Below are positions 9,512 to 16,040 of a DNA stretch of 32,000 bases, piece after piece. The notes under the pieces were generated by a model. The model saw only the letters and a program-made list of their open reading frames with translations, had not been told where the DNA came from and did not search any database. The stretch's first letter is position 1. Every line of letters begins with the position of its first letter. Made by a program: the position numbers and the translations under genes. The stretch spans positions 365,430 through 397,429 of the forward strand of contig CAWKGV010000005.1 in assembly GCA_963849305.1 (NCBI GenBank). Reading direction: 5' to 3'. Source of the stretch: an uncultured Pseudomonadota bacterium. Its GTDB lineage: Bacteria; Pseudomonadota; Alphaproteobacteria; Acetobacterales; Acetobacteraceae.

Positions 9512-9533
9512 GACATAAACATATCCTTATGTC
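9512..9533. promoter_or_regulatory. Inverted repeat GACATAA-N8-TTATGTC in the 30-bp divergent gap; candidate ArsR-type operator
   Basis: Read directly: GACATAAacatatccTTATGTC. This is an A/T-rich dyad immediately upstream of the regulator's ATG (9509). Confidence 0.45.
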
Positions 9534-9539
9534 TAGTCT

Positions 9540-9890
9540 ATGACCCTGTTTGTGGACGCGCGCGTGCCAGTTCGGTTCGGCTCAATGGCCGAGGCGACCG
9601 CTGAGACGGCACTGCTGGTCGAGGGCGATGTGTTGGTGCCGGAGGGCATCCCGGTCGGTCGGTTCGACTTGCCGGCGTTCTCGCAACGACACCCGGCCGG
9701 TTGCACCTGCTGCGCGCGGCGCGATCCCGTCTCCGAGGCTCTGGCGCGGCTGTTCCTTGCGCGCGCGCGGGGCGAGACGATGTGGTTCCTGTCTGTTGTC
9801 GCGATCACCGCCGGCCGAATGGGCCAGCAAGCCGTGCGCGATGCGTTGGCAAACGATCAGCTCGCCGCCGCCCGGTTCAGGCTCGGCTGA
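9540..9890 (+). CDS. Hypothetical 116-aa protein resembling the central GCxCC segment of CobW/G3E metallochaperone GTPases but lacking a Walker A motif
   Basis: ATG at 9540 and high third-position G+C. ...HPAGCTCCARRDPVSEALARLFLARARGETMWFLSVVAITAG parallels the CobW segment NGCICC...L..LL.R....vvIETsG. The N-terminal RFGSMAEAT sits where GxxGxGKT would be. Confidence 0.4.
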   Translation: MTLFVDARVPVRFGSMAEATAETALLVEGDVLVPEGIPVGRFDLPAFSQRHPAGCTCCARRDPVSEALARLFLARARGETMWFLSVVAITAGRMGQQAVRDALANDQLAAARFRLG

Positions 9891-9997
9891 GCAGATTAGC
9901 CCGGACCAGTGCGACGTCCTCCGGCGTTCATCTCGCCGTTCGCTCCAGGCGTCTCCGCCGACGATCCGCCGTCGCAAATGTCAATAAATAAATGGAG

Positions 9998-10026
9998 TTG
10001 ACAGAACCGTGAACTCGCGGTTTTGT
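9998..10026 (+). promoter_or_regulatory. Possible sigma70-type promoter (TTGACA-N17-TTTTGT) in an A/T-rich patch
   Basis: TTGACA at 9998-10003 lies inside caaatgtcaataaataaatggagTTGACA. The -10 element is weak. It would drive the small ORF at 10164. Confidence 0.2.
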
Positions 10027-10163
10027 GTTCCCATTGTGGCGTGCGGCTTCCGATTGGTCCGACTCGCCGCGGGCTGCGATCATCACGCCGCTTGCGTGCC
10101 TTGCCCCGGCGCGCGCGGCCTGGCTTCTCGAATAGCGACGGGGCAGATTGGAAGGGCTTGCCC

Positions 10164-10361
10164 ATGGCTCATGCTATCGGTCCTTATTCGGTCGAAGAGC
10201 GGGTTGTCCACGGCGAAACCAACTGGGTGGCGATCCGCGCGCGCGGTGCCGAATGGTCCTGGCTCACGCCGGAGGAGGCGGCCGCCATCGGGCGGGAGTG
10301 GGTAGAGAAATACGGTGCCCGCGCTGACTCCGCGCCGCGCTTCCTGGTCGCCGCGGAATAA
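10164..10361 (+). CDS. Small hypothetical protein (65 aa)
   Basis: ATG at 10164 is preceded by GGAAGGG, and third-position G+C is high. The sequence is MAHAIGPYSVEERVVHGETNWVAIRARGAEWSWLTPEEAAAIGREWVEKYGARADSAPRFLVAAE. I recognise no family. Confidence 0.35.
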   Translation: MAHAIGPYSVEERVVHGETNWVAIRARGAEWSWLTPEEAAAIGREWVEKYGARADSAPRFLVAAE

Positions 10362-10373
10362 TCCGCGACGGCG

Positions 10374-10820
10374 TTAGACTGGCGACAGGTTGCCCCAGCT
10401 CGTCACCCGCTCGATGCGCAGCGCGATGACGGGCAGCGGGGCCAAGTCCATCGTCGCATATTGACGGTAGCGGCTGCTCAACTGGGCCTGGGCTTGGTCA
10501 TGCTCCGGCCCAGTCAGCAAGATCTCCGCCCGCCCGCGCAGCAGCACCCAGCCGAGACGGGTCCAGTCCTCTTCATAGCGATCGACCAAAACCGCCACCG
10601 ACGGGTTATCGGCGATGTTGCGCAGCCGCTTCAGTGGGCGGTCGGTGCGCTTGGGCTTCTCGTCTACCGTGATGTAGAGCGCGCTCCCCGCGAGCGCGTA
10701 GCACACCGGAACGATATGCGGCACGCCATCCCTCTCCGCGGTGGCCAGGTGGCCGACCCGGCTGGCGTCCACGAAGCAGTGTTGCGCCTCGGAGAGTGTC
10801 GCCCCGGCGGAAGCGATCAA
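10374..10820 (-). CDS. Pyridoxamine-5'-phosphate-oxidase (PPOX) class flavoprotein, resembling the Rv0121-like putative F420-dependent subgroup
   Basis: Split-barrel pattern SRVGHLATAERDGVPHIVPVCYA...YITVDEKPKRTDRPLKRLRNIADNPSVAVLVDRYEEDWTRLGWVLLRGRAEIL. The proposed TTG start at 10820 overlaps the upstream TGA (aTTGAtc). The track's longer N-terminus overlaps the previous gene. Confidence 0.65.
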   Translation of the reverse strand: MIASAGATLSEAQHCFVDASRVGHLATAERDGVPHIVPVCYALAGSALYITVDEKPKRTDRPLKRLRNIADNPSVAVLVDRYEEDWTRLGWVLLRGRAEILLTGPEHDQAQAQLSSRYRQYATMDLAPLPVIALRIERVTSWGNLSPV

Positions 10821-11437
10821 TGCAACTCGCCCTCGATGATCCGCGCCAGCGCGAACAGCCGTTGCTCGATGGTGGTCGGCACGTCGCAGGCGGTTGAGAC
10901 CGACTGCTGACGGTCCTTGAAGATCTGCGTCTCCCACGAGACCCGCGTGGTCAGGTCGCCCAGCGCGCGGTTGTCGGTGCTCGGACCGTCCTGAAGCACC
11001 CGCAGCTTCTCTTCGTCCCTCTGGATCTCCTTGGCGAACTCCTTCTGCCGCCGCCCGAAGCGGTCGAGACCGTCCACCACGCTGTCGCGCTCGGCGTTCA
11101 AGGTCTGGAACACGCCAGCGAATAAAGCCACGAGCTTGGCCTGCTTCTGCGCCCCGGCAGCCTGGGCGAAGGCCGCGGTCTCGGTCCGCGCCTGGTCAAG
11201 CGGCAGCCGGCGCTCCGCGAGCCGGGGGGCAAGGCGCGCCACCTCGGCATCGTCCGACCACGTCTTCAACGCCTCATCGAGCGGAGGGCCGGTCCAATCC
11301 GCCCCGGGTTGCAGGTCGGCGATCCGGATCTGCTGGCACGGCCAGTCCGGGTCGGCGCCCGGAGGCGTGAATGCTGCCCGAGCAGGTAACGCCGCCAGCA
11401 CGCCGAGCAAGGCCGCGAGCCGGATGCACCGGATCAT
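10817..11437 (-). CDS. Secreted protein of unknown function (206 aa)
   Basis: Signal peptide MIRCIRLAALLGVLAALPARA/AF. There are two Cys (WPCQQ, STACDV), and the core is A/Q/E/R/K-rich and probably helical. ATGA overlap with the permease stop. I recognise no family. Confidence 0.6.
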   Translation of the reverse strand: MIRCIRLAALLGVLAALPARAAFTPPGADPDWPCQQIRIADLQPGADWTGPPLDEALKTWSDDAEVARLAPRLAERRLPLDQARTETAAFAQAAGAQKQAKLVALFAGVFQTLNAERDSVVDGLDRFGRRQKEFAKEIQRDEEKLRVLQDGPSTDNRALGDLTTRVSWETQIFKDRQQSVSTACDVPTTIEQRLFALARIIEGELH

Positions 11438-12300
11438 GCGGCACCGCCCCGGCGGGCGATCAGGCCGCGTGCGGGATCATAGGCGGCGACCGCCGCGCCG
11501 ATAAACAGGATCGTCAAGCCGCAAACCACGCCGAGCGAGATCCAGTCGATCTTGACGTAAAGCAGGAACCGAATCAGCTCGACGGCATAGGTGAACGGGT
11601 TAAGCAAGCAAACGTAGTAAACCACCGGGCTCGATTGCTGCACCAGCCACAGCGGGTAAAGCGCGGAGGAGGCGAAGAACATTGGGAAAATCACAAAGTT
11701 CATGATCCCCGCGAAGTTCTCCAATTGGCGGACCATCGAGGAGAGCAGCATTCCCAGGGCGCCCAGCATCAGCCCCGATAGTGCCAGCGCGGGCAACACC
11801 GTGAGATAGCCGAGGCCCGGCGCCTCCACGCCCCAGAGCCAGGCGATCAGCAGATAGGCATAGACCTGGAGGATCGAGACCGCCGTGCTTGCCAGCAGCT
11901 TGGAGACCAGCAGGAACCAGCGCGGAAACGGGCTCACCAGCAGCATCCGCATGTTCCCCATCTCTCGATCGTACACCATCGAAAGCGAGGACTGCATCCC
12001 GTTGAAAAGCTGGATCATCGCCATCAGACCAGGCGTGACATACACCTCGTAAAGTACGTAAGTGTCGTACGGCGGGATGATCGAGACGCCGAGGATCTGG
12101 CGGAACCCGGCTGCGAAGATGAACAGCCACACCAGCGGGCGCACCAGGGCCGCGACGAACCGCTCGCGCTGTTGCAGGAACCGCAGCGCTTCGCGCCAGA
12201 CGATGCCGCGCAGGCAAATCAGATATTGCCCGAAAGTGAAACCGCGCCACGGGAGCGCCTCGGCGCCGATCTCGGGACGGGCGAGCGCAAGATCGCTCAT
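11434..12300 (-). CDS. ABC-2 type permease of the PQQ-dehydrogenase-associated ABC system (lutF-like)
   Basis: 288 aa counted from the ATG at 12300 (ATGA overlap with the ATPase stop). Multi-pass hydrophobic profile (..LVWLFIFAAGFRQILG.., ..LLIAWLWGV.., ..FVIFPMFFASSALYPLW..). Confidence 0.8.
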   Translation of the reverse strand: MSDLALARPEIGAEALPWRGFTFGQYLICLRGIVWREALRFLQQRERFVAALVRPLVWLFIFAAGFRQILGVSIIPPYDTYVLYEVYVTPGLMAMIQLFNGMQSSLSMVYDREMGNMRMLLVSPFPRWFLLVSKLLASTAVSILQVYAYLLIAWLWGVEAPGLGYLTVLPALALSGLMLGALGMLLSSMVRQLENFAGIMNFVIFPMFFASSALYPLWLVQQSSPVVYYVCLLNPFTYAVELIRFLLYVKIDWISLGVVCGLTILFIGAAVAAYDPARGLIARRGGAA

Positions 12301-13121
12301 GCCGGTTCCTCCGTGGCGCGTTCGCCGCCGGTGAGCGCGGCGAACGCGGCGGGCAGGCCCGTGGTCCCGGTCGCCGCCTCCACGGCATCGACCCGGCCCG
12401 AAGCCAGCACCCTGCCCTTGTGCAGCACCACCAACTGATCCGAGGGATCTATCTCGTCCAGCAGGTGGGTAGCCCAAAGCACGGCCACGCCCCGCTCGCG
12501 CACCAACGCGCGCACTTGACGCAGGATCGCGGCGCGGGACGCGACGTCCAGGCCCACCGTGGGCTCGTCCAATACAAGCAGGCGCGGGCGGTGCATCAGC
12601 GCGCGCACGATCTCCACCCGCCGCATCTGCCCGCCCGAGAGGCTGCGTGCCCGATCGCGGGCGCGGTCGGTCAGTTCCACCTCGGCGAGTGCCGCCATCG
12701 CCCGCTGCCGCGCGTCACGGCGCGGAATGCCGTGCAGCGCCGCGTGGTATAGCAAGTTGTCGAGCACGGTAATATCGAGATCGAGCGTGCGGGCCTGGAA
12801 CACCACGCCCAACTGGCGCAGCGCCTGCGCGGGCTCGCGCGCGACCGGATGGCCGAGCACGCGGATCGTGCCCTTGCGCGTGTCGTAGAGCCGCGTGACC
12901 AGCGAAAACAGAGTTGTCTTGCCGGCGCCGTTCAAGCCGAGCAGCGCCGTGAAGCCGAACGGCGGCACCGTGAAGGACACGTCGCGCAACGCCGGTCGCG
13001 CCCCGTAGAAGTGGCTCACCCCTTCGACCGACAAGGCCGGCGTCGCGAGCGGCCGGTCCTGCGCTGTAGCGTCGCCGCCGGGGGCCGCTTGGTCGAGATC
13101 GAGCGCCGCGGACTGGGTCAT
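12297..13121 (-). CDS. ABC transporter ATP-binding protein of the PQQ-dehydrogenase-associated system (lutE-like)
   Basis: Walker A GLNGAGKTT, ABC signature LSGGQMRR, Walker B LLVLDEPT, H-loop ATH. ATGA overlap with the beta-propeller gene stop. Confidence 0.9.
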   Translation of the reverse strand: MTQSAALDLDQAAPGGDATAQDRPLATPALSVEGVSHFYGARPALRDVSFTVPPFGFTALLGLNGAGKTTLFSLVTRLYDTRKGTIRVLGHPVAREPAQALRQLGVVFQARTLDLDITVLDNLLYHAALHGIPRRDARQRAMAALAEVELTDRARDRARSLSGGQMRRVEIVRALMHRPRLLVLDEPTVGLDVASRAAILRQVRALVRERGVAVLWATHLLDEIDPSDQLVVLHKGRVLASGRVDAVEAATGTTGLPAAFAALTGGERATEEPA

Positions 13122-14209
13122 TGCGGGGGGGCCGCGACGGCAACGCCCCAGGGGAGGCGCCCGACCTGGATTGAGCGCACGACATCGAGGCCGGCCACGT
13201 CAATCACCGAGATGTCGTTGGAGAGGCCATTGGTCGTAATCAAGTATTTGCCGTCCGGAGTAAACGCCATCTGCCATACGCGTTGTCCAACCAGCAGGTA
13301 CTTTTTCACCTTGTAGTTCTCGGTATCCACGACGGCCACCCGGTTGGCCGGGCCGAGCGCGACGAAAGCGAGCTTGTCATCGGGGGAGAAGCGAATGCCG
13401 ACCGCTTGTACATAGTCTGACCGAAGCCCTTGAATGGGGAAATGGATCGTATGAGTAATAACGTGCTTCACCGGGTCGATCACGCTCACCACGCCGCCCA
13501 GTTCGGAGGAGACCCACACCTCCTTGCCGTCGTGGCGGAACATCGCGACCCGCGGGCGCGGCGGGACCAGCACGCTGGCGACCATCTTCTCGGTCTTGAA
13601 ATCGATGAAGTGCGCCATGTTGGTGGTTTCGGAGGTGTTGACGATGGTCTGCCCGTCGGGGCTCACCGCCATTCCTTCCGGCTCGACGCCAGTCGGGATT
13701 TGCGTGATCACCTTGCGCGTCGGCAGGTCGATCACGGTGATCAGGGCATTGTTCTCGTTCGATATGTAGAGCGGATTGCCGGAGACATGCAGCGCGAAGG
13801 TCTCCGGGTCCGGCCCTGAAGGCAGCTCGCCCACCACCTTCAGCGTCTTGCGGTCGATGATCTGGATCGTGTCGTCGTCGCTGGCGCAGAGCAGGATGTC
13901 CTTGCCGTCCTTGGTGATCAGGATGCCGCGCGGCCGCTGCCCGACCGGCACCGTGGCGATGGTCTTGCCCTTGTCGAGATCGACCACACTGATCGTGTTG
14001 TCTCGTTCGTTCGAGACATAGGCGTAGTAATCGGTCGCCCACGCCGGGACGGCGGCGAGCAGGAGAAAGGTGGCAAGGGCGGCGATGCGGCGGAACCTGC
14101 CCGACCCCTCCCCCCGAATCCCAAAGGCAGGGGGAGAAGTTCTAGCTCCCTCCCCTTGCGGGAGGGGGTTGGGGGAGGGGACGTGAGGCAAATTCACTTC
14201 AGATGGCAT
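13118..14209 (-). CDS. Periplasmic YVTN-repeat beta-propeller protein, PQQ-dependent-catabolism-associated type (lutB-like)
   Basis: Repeated blades (YVSNERDNTISVVD, PRGILITKDG, ETFALHVSGNPLYISNENNALITVID, PEGMAVSPDG, ...MAFTPDGKYLITTNGLSNDISVID) follow the signal-like RFRRIAALATFLLLAAVPAWA. The start is uncertain: ATG 14209, or GTG 14197 (GTGA overlap). The first ~35 codons run through a REP-like element. Confidence 0.8.
   Translation of the reverse strand: MPSEVNLPHVPSPNPLPQGEGARTSPPAFGIRGEGSGRFRRIAALATFLLLAAVPAWATDYYAYVSNERDNTISVVDLDKGKTIATVPVGQRPRGILITKDGKDILLCASDDDTIQIIDRKTLKVVGELPSGPDPETFALHVSGNPLYISNENNALITVIDLPTRKVITQIPTGVEPEGMAVSPDGQTIVNTSETTNMAHFIDFKTEKMVASVLVPPRPRVAMFRHDGKEVWVSSELGGVVSVIDPVKHVITHTIHFPIQGLRSDYVQAVGIRFSPDDKLAFVALGPANRVAVVDTENYKVKKYLLVGQRVWQMAFTPDGKYLITTNGLSNDISVIDVAGLDVVRSIQVGRLPWGVAVAAPPQ
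14100..14181. repeat. Composite of two head-to-head REP-like G/C palindromic units
   Basis: Unit A (14100-14139, CCCGACCCCTCCCCCCGAATCCCAAAGGCAGGGGGAGAAG) has the same orientation as the 4352-4390 element. Unit B (14139-14180, ..CTCCCTCCCCTTGCGGGAGGGGGTTGGGGGAGGGGA) is its near-exact reverse complement. Confidence 0.7.
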
Positions 14210-15420
14210 GTGCTCTCCGGCCGGTCGTAGCCCAGCGTGTCGAGTGTCGTGACTTGGTGCAGGAAGCCGGGCTGCGGCGAAATCGACACGATTGTACGCC
14301 CGTCGCTGAGCAGGATCGGTTGGCGGAGCTGCCAATCCCAGTCCCGCAGGCTAAGGCCCTGCCCTTTGTAGGCCCCCACGGTGAAACTTGGGCCTTTCAT
14401 ATAGTCCATGATCGCCTTCGGGTCGGTCGAGTTGGTGCGGCTCGCCGCCTCGCCGATCATCCGGATCGCGGTCCAGGCCTGCATGTCCAGCGGGGTCATG
14501 CGGCGATGGAAGTTCAAGTTGAAACGATCCTGCAACTGAGTACCGCCCCAGGATTCGCTGCCCGGATCCCAGCTCACCGGCCGCAATCCCGCGGAGCCGG
14601 CGACCGGGCGGGCGTCCCAGGTCCGGTAAGGCAAGTAACCAGCGAACACCTGGCTCTCGTCGGCGGCCACCAGGATGTCGTAGTTCGGCAGGCCCTGGGT
14701 GAACACCGGGATTTGCTGCTGCGTCTCCACGACGCCGGAATCGGTCTGCCGTGAGCCGCCGGTGTCCTTGTACTCGATCTCTTTAACGATGCGGATGCCG
14801 AACCGCTTGGCCGCGCGCCGATAGGCCGCCGCGAGCAACGCGTCGTCCGGGTGCGAGCCGTAGGCCAGCACCCAGCGCGTCCATTTCTTCCAAAGCAGGT
14901 ATTGTCCAAGTCCATCGGCCAGCATGGCCCGGCTAGGCGCGACGTTGATCAGGTTGGCTCGGCAGTTTTCCTGGCGCAGCGAGTCATCGGGGGCGGCGAC
15001 ATTGAACAGCGTGGTCCCGCTCTGGGCGGCGGCATCGGCGAGCTTGAGCACTAAGGGCGCCGGCACGTCGGTCAGCACCAGCCGGATGCCCTGCGTAGTG
15101 AGCTTGCCAAGTGCCGCGAGCACGTCGCCATCCGCACCGATCGGCATGTCGACAAGCTGGTACTGCTGGCCCATGAACCGGCCAGTGGTGTTGTCGTCAT
15201 CGATCGCCATCTTCGCGCCCGCCAGCCCATCATCGGGCGGCGGCTTATCGAGTAGCGAGATGGTCGGCGTCCGCTCGGTCCAGCGAATGTAGCCGGCGCG
15301 AATGACCTGTTCGGCGGCGCGGGCCCGGTCGGCAGCGGCGAGCAAACCAATTCCGGCCACGCCGGCCATCACGGCGCGCCGACTCGTGACATTGCGCGCC
15401 CCGGTGTTTGGACGTTTCAT
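14194..15420 (-). CDS. LivK-like periplasmic substrate-binding protein of the PQQ-dehydrogenase-associated ABC system (lutA-like)
   Basis: ATG at 15420 gives MKRPNTGARNVTSRRAVMAGVAGIGLLAAADRARA, a Tat-like signal. The body is ~400 aa of type I periplasmic-binding fold. The track's start at 15552 adds an implausible leader. Confidence 0.8.
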   Translation of the reverse strand: MKRPNTGARNVTSRRAVMAGVAGIGLLAAADRARAAEQVIRAGYIRWTERTPTISLLDKPPPDDGLAGAKMAIDDDNTTGRFMGQQYQLVDMPIGADGDVLAALGKLTTQGIRLVLTDVPAPLVLKLADAAAQSGTTLFNVAAPDDSLRQENCRANLINVAPSRAMLADGLGQYLLWKKWTRWVLAYGSHPDDALLAAAYRRAAKRFGIRIVKEIEYKDTGGSRQTDSGVVETQQQIPVFTQGLPNYDILVAADESQVFAGYLPYRTWDARPVAGSAGLRPVSWDPGSESWGGTQLQDRFNLNFHRRMTPLDMQAWTAIRMIGEAASRTNSTDPKAIMDYMKGPSFTVGAYKGQGLSLRDWDWQLRQPILLSDGRTIVSISPQPGFLHQVTTLDTLGYDRPESTCHLK

Positions 15421-15491
15421 GCGCTCTAGCATGTCCAAAGCACGCTGGCCGTGCAAGCCGGGTACCGCGTGCGAACAGAGACGGAGCCGGC
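15421..15491. promoter_or_regulatory. 71-bp divergent control region between the lut-like operon and the methylofuran/H4MPT biosynthesis operon
   Basis: This is the only non-coding DNA between two oppositely oriented, tightly packed operons. It contains the short dyad GCACGctggcCGTGC. I could not recognise promoter elements. Confidence 0.3.
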
Positions 15492-16040
15492 ATGAAGCGC
15501 GGTTTAGAATTTGGAATGGCGCTTCTGGCGGCATTGCTCGCCAGCATGCCATTAATGCACGCGCGGGCGGTGCAGGAGACGAAAGTTCCTGCCGCGATCT
15601 TCAAGTTCGAGCTGGACGATTCAAGCCGCGAGGGTCTGCCGACGCAGTACCAAGGACCAACCTCGGGCGAGCGCGCCAGACTTGCGCTGCTCGACCAGGG
15701 GCTACGCGCCAAGCTGGAGCGGGCGGGCTATGTGCCGGTAAACCTCGCCCCAATCAGGGCGACAGCGCAGCATCAGGAGCTGTGGACATGCGAGAGCCAG
15801 GGCTGCGCGGCCACGCTGGCGCGCAAGGCGGGCGCCCAGGTCTCGGTGCTCGGCTGGGTGCAGAAGGTCTCGAACCTGATCCTCAACATCAACCTCGTGA
15901 TGCGCGACGCGAACAGCGGCCGAGTGCTGCGCGCCGGCAGCGTGGATATCCGCGGCGACACCGACAAATCCTGGAGCCGTGGCCTCGATTACCTGCTGTC
16001 CGAGAGCATTCTGCCGAAAGGCAAGGGGACACCGCGATGA
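15492..16040 (+). CDS. Secreted protein of unknown function with a CxxxxC pair (possibly DUF3280/DUF2380-type, from memory)
   Basis: ATG at 15492 gives the signal peptide MKRGLEFGMALLAALLASMPLMHARA. The body contains AAIFKFELDDSS...WTCESQGCAATLARKAGAQVSVLGWVQKVSNLILNINLVMRD. Its TGA overlaps the next ATG (ATGA). Confidence 0.6.
   Translation: MKRGLEFGMALLAALLASMPLMHARAVQETKVPAAIFKFELDDSSREGLPTQYQGPTSGERARLALLDQGLRAKLERAGYVPVNLAPIRATAQHQELWTCESQGCAATLARKAGAQVSVLGWVQKVSNLILNINLVMRDANSGRVLRAGSVDIRGDTDKSWSRGLDYLLSESILPKGKGTPR

Noticed and set aside
14207-14221. 13-mer ATGTGCTCTCCGG shared with 25491-25503
   Set aside because: A single shared 13-mer is within chance expectation for all-against-all comparison of 32 kb on both strands, and the contexts are unrelated.
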